A stretch of DNA of 64,000 bases, taken from assembly GCA_963796055.1 (NCBI GenBank), contig CAWCKH010000004.1:2240001-2304000 (forward strand). Direction: 5' to 3'. This document shows positions 25,846 to 35,604 of the stretch, piece after piece. Positions within the stretch are counted from its first letter, which is position 1, and each line of letters begins with the position of its first letter. A program made the position numbers and the translations under genes. The notes under the pieces are model-generated. The model made no database searches and was not told the origin of the DNA. It saw only the letters and a program-made list of their open reading frames with translations. The DNA comes from an uncultured delta proteobacterium (GTDB taxonomy: Bacteria; Myxococcota; Myxococcia; Myxococcales; Myxococcaceae).

Positions 25846-26466
25846 TCAGCGCTTGATCATCCGGGCCCGGAACACCGGCTCCCCGCTGACGAGGTACCGG
25901 CGCTCCCGGCTGCTGGGCACCTCCTCGGGGTCGGGAGGGTGGAAGGCGCCGGTGCCGAGCGGGTTGTGCCACCCGGCGGCCTCCAGGGTGGCGAGCATCT
26001 CCTCGGCCCGCGAGCGGACGTCCGTGCGGAGGTCGAAGACGGCGCCGGGGGCGGCGAGTCGCAGCAGCAGGGTGGCGAAGCCGGGGGTGAGGATGGCTCG
26101 CTTGCGGTGCGCGCGTTTCCACCACGGGTCCGGGAACTGGAGGTGGATGGCCGAGAGGCTGGCCGGGGCGAAGAGGCGGGGGATGACCGCCCGGGCGTCG
26201 GCCTCGACCACCCGGAGGTTGGTCAGACCGCGGGCGCGGGCCCGGTGCTCCAGCTCGCGGGCGTACTTCTTCCGGCATTCGATCGCGACGTACCGGACCT
26301 CGGGGTGGCGGGCAGCGTGGCCCAGCGCGAAGGCCCCGCCCCCGGAGCCGATCTCCAGCTCGAGGGCCCCCGGGCTGCCGAAGACGGCGGTCCAGTCCGG
26401 CGGGGTCAGCAGGGTCAGGAACTCGGCGCCGGCCGGTTCGGGGCGAAGGAGTGGACCGCGGGTCAT
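25846..26466 (-). CDS. trmB: tRNA (guanine-N7)-methyltransferase
   Basis: LELEIGSGGG, FPDPWWKRAHRKR and LRTDV. Confidence 0.92.
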   Translation of the reverse strand: MTRGPLLRPEPAGAEFLTLLTPPDWTAVFGSPGALELEIGSGGGAFALGHAARHPEVRYVAIECRKKYARELEHRARARGLTNLRVVEADARAVIPRLFAPASLSAIHLQFPDPWWKRAHRKRAILTPGFATLLLRLAAPGAVFDLRTDVRSRAEEMLATLEAAGWHNPLGTGAFHPPDPEEVPSSRERRYLVSGEPVFRARMIKR

Positions 26467-26520
26467 CGGGGAGAGATGGCGGAGACCCGGCCGTCTACCA
26501 CGTGCTACAGGTCGGGCCAC

Positions 26521-27438
26521 ATGAAGGTGCTGCACGCGCTCGAGGATGCACGTGCCCTGGCCGGCGTGGCGCTGGCGCTGGGCAACTTCGACGGGGTGCA
26601 CGTGGGTCACCGGGCGCTGTTCAAGGAGGCGGCCGAGCACGGCCGACCGGGTGCGCTGACCTTCGACCCGCATCCGGGGAAGGTGCTCCAGCCGGATCTC
26701 GCGCCGCGGCTCATCACCCCCTTGCCGCGGAAGCTCCAGCTGCTGGAGGCCTCGGGCCTGGACGTGGTGGTGGTGCTCCCCTTCACCCTGGCCTTCGCCC
26801 GCACCCCGGCGCGGGACTTCGAGGCGATGCTGTTCGACCGGGTGCGGATCAAGGCGGTGGCCGTCGGGCGGGACTACACCTATGGAGCGCAGCGGACCGG
26901 GACGGTGACCGCCCTGGCGGAGGCGGCGACGGCGCGCGCGGCGGTGGTGGCGGTGGTCGAGCCGGTCACGGTGGGGGGGGTGGTGGCCTCGTCCTCGCGC
27001 ATCCGCGAGTACATCCTCGAGGGCCGGGTAGGGGCGGCGCGGGCCCTCCTCGGCCGCCCCTTCGACCTGGACGGGCTGGTGGTGAAGGGCGACGGGCGCG
27101 GGCGGAGCATCGGCTGGCCCACCGCCAACGTGGACACCCACGGCGAGCTGCTCCCGGCCTCCGGGGTGTACGCGGTCCGGGTGCGCACCCCCGACGGGTG
27201 GCACGCCGGGGCGGCGAACATCGGGACCAAGCCCACCTTCGGTGGGTCGGCGGTGACGGTGGAGGTGCACCTCCTGGACTGGTCGGGCGACCTGTACGGA
27301 CAGGAAGTCCGGGTCGAGTTCCTGGACCGGCTCCGGGCCGAGCGGCGCTTCGCCTCGGTGTCCGAGCTCACCGCGCAGATCCAGCGGGACGTCGAGGAAG
27401 CGCGGGTGGTGCTTGCACGCACCTCGGCGCTTCCTTGA
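26521..27438 (+). CDS. ribF: Bifunctional riboflavin kinase / FAD synthetase
   Basis: GNFDGVHVGH, TFDPHP, SSSRIR, GRSIGWPTAN and EVHLLD. Confidence 0.97.
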   Translation: MKVLHALEDARALAGVALALGNFDGVHVGHRALFKEAAEHGRPGALTFDPHPGKVLQPDLAPRLITPLPRKLQLLEASGLDVVVVLPFTLAFARTPARDFEAMLFDRVRIKAVAVGRDYTYGAQRTGTVTALAEAATARAAVVAVVEPVTVGGVVASSSRIREYILEGRVGAARALLGRPFDLDGLVVKGDGRGRSIGWPTANVDTHGELLPASGVYAVRVRTPDGWHAGAANIGTKPTFGGSAVTVEVHLLDWSGDLYGQEVRVEFLDRLRAERRFASVSELTAQIQRDVEEARVVLARTSALP

Positions 27439-27464
27439 CACCTTTTTTTCCGGCCCCTTAGATC
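27435..27464 (+). promoter_or_regulatory. Candidate sigma70 promoter for pilB with a T7 tract in the spacer
   Basis: Perfect TTGACA at 27435-27440, spacer CCTTTTTTTCCGGCCCC, then TTAGATC as an imperfect -10. Confidence 0.45.
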
Positions 27465-27554
27465 GATTCCCCACGGCGGTGCGGCACACGTTGCTCGGGG
27501 TCGCAGCAGCCCGTGACCGTCCACGCCCCGCATCAAAGAGGTGAGAGCGAACGC

Positions 27555-29249
27555 ATGTCTGCCGGCCGACTCGGTGAATTGCTCGTCCGGGAGAACCTGA
27601 TCTCCGTCCAGCAGCTCCGCAGGGCTCAGGAGGAGCAGCAGAAGAACGGAACCCGCATCGGCTCGGCGCTGATCAAGGTCGGGGCCATCGAGGAGCACAA
27701 GCTCACCGACTTCCTCAGCAAGCAGTACGGCGTCCCGGCCATCAACCTGAAGGACTTCGAGATCGACCCGGAGATCGTCAAGCTGGTGAAGAAGGAGGTC
27801 GCCCAGAAGCACCTGGTCATCCCGGTGAACCGGGCGGGCCAGTCGCTGATCGTGGCGATGAGCGACCCCTCCAACATCTACGCGGTGGACGACCTCAAGT
27901 TCACCACCGGCTACAACATCGAGCCGGTGGTGGCCTCCGAGCCGAGCATCCGCGAGGCCATCGAGCGTTACTACGCCGAGAGGGGCCCCTCGCTGGACGA
28001 GATCCTCGGCGCAGCGGACGAGCAGGTGGACGTCGCCGAGGAGGAGGAGGACGAGTTCGACGTCAAGGCGGCCGAGGACGCTCCGGTCGTCAAGCTGGTC
28101 AACCTCGTCCTGGTGGACGCCATCCGCAAGGGTGCCAGCGACATCCACGTCGAGCCCTACGAGAAGGATTTCCGGGTCCGGTTCCGCATCGATGGCGTGC
28201 TGTACGACGTGATGAAGCCGCCGATGAAGCTGAAGAACGCGATCATCAGCCGCCTGAAGATCATGGCCCAGCTGGACATCAGCGAGCGGCGGCTTCCTCA
28301 GGACGGGCGGATCAAGATCAAGACCACCGGCAAGGAGATGGACTTCCGGGTCAGCGTCTGCCCCACGCTCTTCGGGGAGAAGGTGGTGCTCCGGCTGCTG
28401 GACAAGTCCAACCTCCAGCTGGACATGACCAAGCTGGGGTTCGACGCCGAGCCGCTGCGGTGGTTCAAGGAGGCCATCGACCGGCCCTACGGCATGGTGC
28501 TGGTGACCGGGCCCACCGGCTCGGGGAAGACCACCACCCTGTACTCGGCGCTGACCTCGCTCAACACCGCGGACGTGAACATCAGCACCGCGGAGGATCC
28601 GGTGGAGTTCAACTTCGCCGGCATCAACCAGGTGCAGATGCACGACGACATCGGCCTGAACTTCGCCGCCGCGCTCCGGAGCTTCCTCCGCCAGGACCCG
28701 GACATCATCATGATCGGCGAGATCCGCGACTTCGAAACCGCGGAGATCGGGGTCAAGGCTGCCCTCACCGGGCACCTGGTCCTCAGCACCCTGCACACCA
28801 ACGACGCCCCGGGCACGGTGAGCCGGCTCTTGAACATGGGCATCGAGCCGTTCCTGGTGACCGCATCCCTGAACCTCATCCTCGCCCAGCGGCTCGCCCG
28901 GAAGCTCTGCTCCGCCTGCAAGCGACCGTCGAAGACCGTGGAGGAGCAGGCGCTGCTCGACGCAGGGGTGCCGCCGGACAAGATCGGCAGCTTCACCGTC
29001 TACGAGAGGGCGGGGTGCCGCGAGTGCAACGACCGCGGCTACCGCGGCCGGGTCGCCATCTACGAGGTCATGCCCTTCTGGGACGGGCTAAAAGAATTGG
29101 TGATCAACGGCGCCTCGGCGGCGGAGCTGAAGCAGGAGGCCATCCGCCTGGGGATGCAGACCCTGCGGATGGCCGCGCTGGGAAAGATGATGGGCGGAGT
29201 GACCACGCTCGAAGAGGTGGTGGGCAACACCGCGCCGGATCGCTTCTAG
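27555..29249 (+). CDS. pilB: Type IVa pilus extension ATPase PilB
   Basis: RLGELLV (MshEN-like), ASDIHVEP, GPTGSGKTTTLY, LRQDPD, STLHTND and a tetracysteine motif. Confidence 0.97.
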   Translation: MSAGRLGELLVRENLISVQQLRRAQEEQQKNGTRIGSALIKVGAIEEHKLTDFLSKQYGVPAINLKDFEIDPEIVKLVKKEVAQKHLVIPVNRAGQSLIVAMSDPSNIYAVDDLKFTTGYNIEPVVASEPSIREAIERYYAERGPSLDEILGAADEQVDVAEEEEDEFDVKAAEDAPVVKLVNLVLVDAIRKGASDIHVEPYEKDFRVRFRIDGVLYDVMKPPMKLKNAIISRLKIMAQLDISERRLPQDGRIKIKTTGKEMDFRVSVCPTLFGEKVVLRLLDKSNLQLDMTKLGFDAEPLRWFKEAIDRPYGMVLVTGPTGSGKTTTLYSALTSLNTADVNISTAEDPVEFNFAGINQVQMHDDIGLNFAAALRSFLRQDPDIIMIGEIRDFETAEIGVKAALTGHLVLSTLHTNDAPGTVSRLLNMGIEPFLVTASLNLILAQRLARKLCSACKRPSKTVEEQALLDAGVPPDKIGSFTVYERAGCRECNDRGYRGRVAIYEVMPFWDGLKELVINGASAAELKQEAIRLGMQTLRMAALGKMMGGVTTLEEVVGNTAPDRF

Positions 29250-29261
29250 AAAGAACAGGCC

Positions 29262-30390
29262 GTGGCCAACCTCCATCAGCTGTTGAAGGCGATGGTCGAG
29301 AAGAATGCTTCCGACCTGCACATCACCACCGGCAGCCCGCCCCAGCTCCGGATCGACGGCGAGCTGGTGCCGCTGAAGGCCGCCCCGCTCTCACCGGTGG
29401 AGACCAAGCAGATTCTGCTACTCGGTGCTCACCGACGCCCAGAAGGCCAAGTTCGAGGAGGACCACGAGCTGGATCTCTCCTTTGGGGTGAAGGCGCTGA
29501 GCCGCTTCCGGGCCAACCTCTACATGCAGCGCGGGGCGGTGGCCGGGGCGTTCCGGACCATTCCCTTCAAGATCCTCTCTTTCCAGGAGCTGGGGCTGCC
29601 GCCGGTGGTGACCGACCTCTCCAAGAAGCCGCGGGGGCTGGTGCTGGTGACCGGCCCGACCGGCTCCGGGAAGAGCACCACCCTGGCCAGCATCATCGAC
29701 AAGATCAACACCGATCGTCACGAGCACATCATGACGATCGAGGACCCCATCGAGTACCTCCACCCGCACAAGAACTGCCTGATCAACCAGCGGGAGATCG
29801 GGGCAGATACGAGAAGCTTCAAGACCGCGCTCAAGTACATCCTCCGGCAGGACCCGGACGTGGTGCTGGTGGGCGAGATGCGGGACCTCGAGACCATCGA
29901 GGCGGCGCTGGTGATCGCCGAGACAGGGCACGTCTGCTTCGGCACGCTGCACACCAACAGCTGCGTGCAGACCATCAACCGGGTGCTGGACGTCTTCCCT
30001 CCCTTCCAGCAACCCCAGATCCGCGCCCAGCTGTCCTTCGTCATCGAGGGGGTGCTCAGCCAGGCCCTGCTCCAGAAGGTGGGCGGCGGCCGCTGCCTGG
30101 CACTGGAGATCATGGTCCCCAACCCGGCCATCCGGAACCTGATCCGCGAGGACAAGGTCCACCAGATCTACTCGGCGATGCAGGTGGGCCAGGCCAAGTT
30201 CGGGATGCAGACCTTCAACCAGAGCCTCGCCCAGCTCCTCACCCGGCGAATGATCACCCAGGATGAGGCCTTCGGGCGCTCGTCGGACCCGGAGGAGCTG
30301 AAGAACATCATGGCCAGCGGGGCAGCGGGTGTGCTGCCCGGTCACACCGCCCCACCCGTGACCGGCCGGCCCATGCCCTCTCGCTCCTGA
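29262..30390 (+). CDS. pilT: Retraction ATPase PilT (one +1 frameshift near 29412, probably artefact)
   Basis: ANLHQLLKAMVEKNASDLH, then in the next frame GPTGSGKSTT, TIEDPIE and AIRNLIRE. Removing one T restores ETKQICYSVLTD. Confidence 0.95.
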
Positions 30391-30407
30391 GCTAGGATTT
30401 CAACCTC

Positions 30408-31655
30408 ATGGCCGTCTCCGCCACCGCTCTGAAGAACAAGACCGCGCCCAAGCCCAGGCAGTGGGTGTGGGAGGCGAGGACCCGGGCCGGCGAGGTGAAG
30501 AAGGGCGAGATGGAGGCCCTGGACGCCGCGGCGGTGGACACCCGCCTCAAGGCCCTGGGGCTGTCGCCGGTCAAGGTCAAGAAGAAGCCGGCCGAGCTCC
30601 GGCTCCCGACGATCGGCAGCGGGGTGAGCGGCAAGGACATCCTGGTCTTCACCAAGCAGTTCGCGACGATGATCGACGCGGGCCTGCCGCTGGTGCAGTG
30701 CCTGGACATCCTCGCCAATCAGATGGACAACGCGGCCTTCAAGAAGGTCCTGCTGGCCATCAAGTCGAAGGTCGAGTCGGGGTCGACCTTCGCCGACGCG
30801 CTGAAGGACCACCCCAAGGTGTTCGACGAGCTGTTCGTGCAGCTCTGCGCCGCGGGCGAGGTGGGCGGCATCCTCGACACCATCCTCAACCGGCTGGCGA
30901 ACTACCGGGAGAAGGCCGAGAAGCTGAAGCGAAAGGTGAAGGGGGCGATGATCTACCCGATCATCGTCATCACCGTGGCGATCGGCGTGACGGCGATCCT
31001 CCTCCTGAAGGTCACGCCCGTGTTCGCCAAGATGTTCACCGACTTCGGATCGGCCATGCCCGCGCCGACCCAGTTCGTCATCGACCTGTCGGCCTGGCTC
31101 CAGAAGAACTTCCTGTACATCGTGGGCGGTGCCATCGCCTTCGCGGCGGCCTTCATCGCGTTCTATCGAAACCCCAAGGGCCGGAAGATCTTCGACGCCG
31201 CAGTCCTGCAGGCCCCGATCATCGGCCCGGTGATCCGCAAGATCGCGGTGGCGCGCTTCACCCGGACCCTGGGTACCATGATCAGCTCCGGTGTGCCGAT
31301 CCTCGACGCGCTGGACGTCACGGCGAAGACCGCGGGCAATCGCACCATCGAGCAGGGCATCTATTACGTGCGAGGGAAGATCTCCGAGGGCAAGAGCATC
31401 GCGGGCCCGTTGCTGGAGACCAAGGTCTTCCCCCCGATGGTGGTGCAGATGATCGGCGTCGGCGAGGCCACGGGCGCGATGGACGCCATGCTCAACAAGA
31501 TCGCCGATTTCTACGACGACGAGGTCGACACCGCCGTTGCGGGTCTCACCGCGATGATCGAGCCGCTGTTGATGGTCTTCCTCGGCGCGGTGGTGGGCGG
31601 CTTCCTCATCGCGATGTACCTTCCGATCTTCTCGATCGCCGGTGCCATCAAGTAG
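30408..31655 (+). CDS. pilC: Type IV pilus platform protein PilC
   Basis: FTKQFATMIDAGLPL, GEVGGILD, AMIYP, GEATG and AMYLPIF. Confidence 0.97.
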   Translation: MAVSATALKNKTAPKPRQWVWEARTRAGEVKKGEMEALDAAAVDTRLKALGLSPVKVKKKPAELRLPTIGSGVSGKDILVFTKQFATMIDAGLPLVQCLDILANQMDNAAFKKVLLAIKSKVESGSTFADALKDHPKVFDELFVQLCAAGEVGGILDTILNRLANYREKAEKLKRKVKGAMIYPIIVITVAIGVTAILLLKVTPVFAKMFTDFGSAMPAPTQFVIDLSAWLQKNFLYIVGGAIAFAAAFIAFYRNPKGRKIFDAAVLQAPIIGPVIRKIAVARFTRTLGTMISSGVPILDALDVTAKTAGNRTIEQGIYYVRGKISEGKSIAGPLLETKVFPPMVVQMIGVGEATGAMDAMLNKIADFYDDEVDTAVAGLTAMIEPLLMVFLGAVVGGFLIAMYLPIFSIAGAIK

Positions 31656-33267
31656 CGCAGCCGAGGCGCCCGACGCCAGCAGCTCCCTTCGTCCCAGGCT
31701 GGTCTGGGTCACGGCGTTCCGCACTGCCGCGGCCACGCTGCTGCTGGCGGTCTACGGCGTCCGGCTCCTCTCCCGTCCCGTCGCCGAGGCCCTCGCCGGC
31801 GAGGATCTCCTCTCCCTGTGGATGGTGGGGAGCATCTACCTCCTGGTGCTGGTGCAGGCGCTCTTCCTCCGGAACAGCAAGCCGGGGGCTCGCAGCGCTT
31901 TGGTGCACGTGGCTGGTGACGTGGCCATCGCCACGGTGCTGGTCTTCATCACCGGTGGAGCGGAGAGCCCCTTCACCTTCACCTACCTCCTCACCGTGGT
32001 GGGCGCCTCCATCCTGCTCGGGCAGTGGGGCGCGCTGGCGGCGGCGGCCGCGTGCTCGGCGTCCTTCCTGGTGCTCGCCGCGGCGATCTCCACCGGGACT
32101 CTTCACCCGCCGGTCGCGGTCACCACGCTCCCGGTGGGGCGGCTGGCCTTTCTCTGCACGAGCAACGTGCTCGCGCAGTTCCTCACCGCGGTGCTCAGCG
32201 GCTTCCTTGCCCGGCAGCTGACCACCGCCGGGGGTCGGCTGTCGGCGCGCGAGCGGGACCTGCGCGAGCTGACCCGGCTGCAGCAGCAGATCCTCGCCGC
32301 CATGCCCTCGGGGCTGCTCACCTGCGACGTGGAGGGCCGCATCACCTACGTGAACCGGGCGGCGCAGCAGATCCTCGGCCTCGATCCGGGCGGGACCCCG
32401 GGTGGCGTGGAGGACCTCATCCCCGGAGTCCGGACGCTCTTCACCGGACGGCCGCGCTCCGAGGTGACGGTGACCACCCCCGCGGGCCGCCGCATCCTCG
32501 GCCTCACCGTGTCGGCCCTGGGCCCCCCCCCGGCGCCGCTCCTGGTCGTCTTCCAGGACCTGACCGACCTGCGCCGCGCCGAGCAGGAGCTGCGCCGCTC
32601 GGACCGGCTGGCCGAGCTGGGCGCGCTCTCGGCCCAGCTGGCGCACGAGATCCGGAACCCGCTGGCCGCCATGCGTGGCTCGGCCCAGCTGCTCTCACCG
32701 GGCGCGGACCCGGACACCGAGCGGCTGGTCGGCATCCTCACCCGCGAGGCGGACCGGCTCGGGGAGCTGGTGACCGACTTCCTGGTCTTCGCCCGCCCGC
32801 CGGCCCCGGTGCTGCAGCCCTGCGAGCTCGACGAGCTGGTCCGCCAGACCATCGAGCTGGTCTCCTCGGATCCGCTCGCCTCGGGCGTGACCATCGACGT
32901 CGAGCGCGGCGGGCTGCAGGCGGAGGTGGACCCGGACCAGGTGCGACAGGTGCTGCTCAACCTGCTCCGGAACGCTCTGGCCGCGGCGGGCAGGGGCGGA
33001 CGGGTCCGGACGTTCTTCAGCCGGGTGGACGGGCAGGTGCGGATCCATGTCTGGGACTCGGGGGGGAGCATCGCCACCGCCGACCTGCCGCGCATCTTCG
33101 AGCCGTTCTTCTCCAAGCGCGCCGGGGGCACCGGGCTCGGGCTCTCCACGGTGCACTCCATCGTCCGCGCACACGGGGGGGAGATCGAGGTCAGCTCGTC
33201 CCCTGGCGAAGGCACCGAGTTCGTGGTGGGGTTCGCCGCTGCAGCGGGCGAGGTCCGGCGAGCGTGA
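31642..33267 (+). CDS. pilS: Sensor histidine kinase PilS
   Basis: Multi-TM N-terminus with TGGAESPF, a PAS domain, LAHEIRNPL and FEPFFS..GGTGLGL. Start codon uncertain. Confidence 0.9.
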   Translation: MPSSSAAEAPDASSSLRPRLVWVTAFRTAAATLLLAVYGVRLLSRPVAEALAGEDLLSLWMVGSIYLLVLVQALFLRNSKPGARSALVHVAGDVAIATVLVFITGGAESPFTFTYLLTVVGASILLGQWGALAAAAACSASFLVLAAAISTGTLHPPVAVTTLPVGRLAFLCTSNVLAQFLTAVLSGFLARQLTTAGGRLSARERDLRELTRLQQQILAAMPSGLLTCDVEGRITYVNRAAQQILGLDPGGTPGGVEDLIPGVRTLFTGRPRSEVTVTTPAGRRILGLTVSALGPPPAPLLVVFQDLTDLRRAEQELRRSDRLAELGALSAQLAHEIRNPLAAMRGSAQLLSPGADPDTERLVGILTREADRLGELVTDFLVFARPPAPVLQPCELDELVRQTIELVSSDPLASGVTIDVERGGLQAEVDPDQVRQVLLNLLRNALAAAGRGGRVRTFFSRVDGQVRIHVWDSGGSIATADLPRIFEPFFSKRAGGTGLGLSTVHSIVRAHGGEIEVSSSPGEGTEFVVGFAAAAGEVRRA

Positions 33268-34655
33268 AGATCCTGGTGGTGGACGACGAGCCGAGCATGC
33301 GCCAGTACCTCGAGGTGCTGCTGAGCCGCGCCGGCTACGAGGTGGTGACCGCGCCGGGCCTGGCGCAGGCCCGCGAGCTCCTGGGGACGGGCCAGGTGGA
33401 CCTCGTCGTCTCGGACATGCGCCTGGGGAAGGACAGCGGCCTGGAGGTGCTGAAGCACGCCCGGTCGCGGGAGTCGCCGCCCGAGGTCATCCTGATCACC
33501 GCCTACGGCACACCGGCCTCCGCGGTGGAGGCGATGCGGCAGGGCGCGTATGACTACATCTGCAAGCCCTTCGACAACGAGGAGCTCAAGCTCCTGGTGC
33601 AGAAGGCGCTGGAGAAGCGGAACCTCCGGCAGGAGAACCAGCAGCTCTGGCAGTCGCTCTCCGAGCACAGCCTCTCCATGGTGGGCCGGAGCGCGGCGAT
33701 GGAGGGCGTTCGCTCCCTGGTGCGCAAGGTGGCGGCGAGCCGCTCGACCGTGCTCATCGTGGGCGAGAGTGGCACCGGCAAGGAGCTGGTGGCGCGGGCC
33801 ATCCACCTCGCCAGCCCGCGGCCGGGCAGGCCCTTCCTCCCGGTGAACTGCGCCGCGCTGGCCGAGGGGGTGCTCGAGTCGGAGCTGTTCGGGCACGTGA
33901 AGGGAGCCTTCACCGGGGCCAACACCGACCGAGCGGGGCTCCTGGTCTCGGCGGGGGAGGGGACCGTCTTCCTCGACGAGATCGGCGAGATGCTGCCCGC
34001 CACCCAGGTGAAGCTGCTTCGGGTCCTTCAAGAAAGAAAGGTGAAGCCGGTGGGCAGCACCGTCGAGGTGCAGTTCGAGGCCCGGCTGCTCGCGGCGACC
34101 AACAAACGGCTCGACCAGGAGGTGCGCGCCGGCCGCTTCCGCGAGGACCTCTTCTACCGGATGAACGTCATCACCATCGAGCTCCCCGCGCTTCGCGAGC
34201 GGGCGGAGGACATCCCCGAGCTGGCGGAGTTCTTCCTCTCCCGGCTGGCCGAGGACCTCGGGCGCCCCGGCCTGGGCTTCTCGCCCGAGGCGCTCGGGGT
34301 CCTCCGCTCGTACCCGTTTCCCGGGAACGTCCGGCAGCTGCAGAACATCGTCGAGCGCGCGGCGACGCTCGCCGAATCGGACGTCCTCGGACCCGAGACC
34401 CTGCCACCTCCACTCAGGGGTGAGCAGCCCAGCGCGCCTCCGGGCACCGACGCGGTGGAGCTGGGCGAGGCCTTCTCACTCGAGAAGCACCTCGACGAGG
34501 CCGAGCGGCGCTACCTGCTCGCCGCGCTCCGCCGGGCGAACGGGGTGAAGACCCGCGCCGCCGAGCTGCTCGGGCTCACCTTCCGCAGCTTCCGCTACCG
34601 GCTTGCGAAGCACGGGCTGGGGGAAGGTGTGGAGGAGGCCGACCCCTCCAGGTGA
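33264..34655 (+). CDS. pilR: Sigma54-dependent response regulator PilR
   Basis: GTG start, KILVVDDE receiver, GESGTGKE, GAFTGA and a Fis HTH (GLTFRSFRYRL). Confidence 0.95.
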   Translation: MKILVVDDEPSMRQYLEVLLSRAGYEVVTAPGLAQARELLGTGQVDLVVSDMRLGKDSGLEVLKHARSRESPPEVILITAYGTPASAVEAMRQGAYDYICKPFDNEELKLLVQKALEKRNLRQENQQLWQSLSEHSLSMVGRSAAMEGVRSLVRKVAASRSTVLIVGESGTGKELVARAIHLASPRPGRPFLPVNCAALAEGVLESELFGHVKGAFTGANTDRAGLLVSAGEGTVFLDEIGEMLPATQVKLLRVLQERKVKPVGSTVEVQFEARLLAATNKRLDQEVRAGRFREDLFYRMNVITIELPALRERAEDIPELAEFFLSRLAEDLGRPGLGFSPEALGVLRSYPFPGNVRQLQNIVERAATLAESDVLGPETLPPPLRGEQPSAPPGTDAVELGEAFSLEKHLDEAERRYLLAALRRANGVKTRAAELLGLTFRSFRYRLAKHGLGEGVEEADPSR

Positions 34656-34675
34656 CGTGGCTGGGCCAAACCGGC

Positions 34676-34690
34676 TGACGAATTTCGTCA
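34676..34690. promoter_or_regulatory. Palindromic enhancer, probable PilR binding site
   Basis: Perfect inverted repeat TGACGAA-T-TTCGTCA about 65-80 bp upstream of the sigma54 site. Confidence 0.65.
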
Positions 34691-34752
34691 CGCCGGGTCA
34701 TGGTCAGGGCGGTGCAGGACGGGGATCCGGGGACTTGCAGCGCCGGAGGGCC

Positions 34753-34768
34753 TGGAACGCTCCGTGCA
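34753..34768 (+). promoter_or_regulatory. Sigma54 promoter of pilA
   Basis: TGGAACGCTCCGTGCA has GG-N10-GC spacing. It lies upstream of RBS AGGAG and pilA, and downstream of pilR. Confidence 0.75.
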
Positions 34769-34840
34769 CATGCCCCCCGCCGAGCTGCCCCTCCCCCCGG
34801 GGCGGCCGCTCATCACCCGAATCAGGAGTCACGTCCACAC

Positions 34841-35514
34841 ATGAAGAAGCTGCAGAAGGGCTTCACGCTCATCGAGCTGATGATCGTGGTTGCCATCATC
34901 GGAATCCTCGCCGCCCTCGCCATCCCCAACTTCATCCGCTTCCAGGCTCGCTCGAAGCAGAGCGAAGTGAAGGCGAACCTCAAGTCACTCTTCACCGCCG
35001 AGCGCTCCTACTACCAGGAGCACGATATGTACTCCGAGTGCATCAAGAAGATCGGTTTCAACCCGGAGCGTGGAAATCGCTACCACTACGTCGTGAACAA
35101 CACGGCGAACAATGAAGCTTGTAACACCCCCGAAGCGCGGGCGACCGCCGCTGGCGTGAACGACCGCCACGGATGGCGCGGTCCTGGCGGATACCTTCAA
35201 GCATGGGACCGGCGCAGGGATCACCGCTGCGAACGGCGCTGTTGCGGTCGCCTACGCTCCCGTCGCGCCCGCTGGGTTCCGGCATCGTCGCCGTCGCGAA
35301 CCTCGTGGGCGTGACTCCGGCCGCTCCGGATCCGGCCGGCTCGTTTGGCGGTGCGGGTCAGGGAGACATCGACAGCGACGTGAACCTGGACCTCTGGTAC
35401 ATCTCCAGCCTGTCGAGCACCACGGCCGGCATCTGCCCGGTGCTGGCCGGCGTCGACCAGAACTCTCCTGGTGGCGAGCCGAAGAACACCTACAACGACG
35501 TGAACTGCCCGTAG
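34841..35514 (+). CDS. pilA: Major type IVa pilin PilA (two +1 frameshifts near 35162 and 35275, probably artefact)
   Basis: [37 protein letters not shown]. Removing two bases gives about 223 aa ending GDIDSD..DLWYISS...[14 protein letters not shown], collinear with the intact paralog. Confidence 0.93.
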
Positions 35515-35541
35515 TCCGGGTCAGCCGAGCCGTCTCTACCC

Positions 35542-35574
35542 GCCCCACCGCGGTACGCCCGCGGTGGGGCTTTT
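35542..35574 (+). terminator. Intrinsic terminator after pilA
   Basis: 12-bp perfect stem GCCCCACCGCGG / CCGCGGTGGGGC, loop TACGC, then TTTT. Confidence 0.88.
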
Positions 35575-35604
35575 CTCGCCACGAAGCGACCCTGCTCCCT
35601 GATC

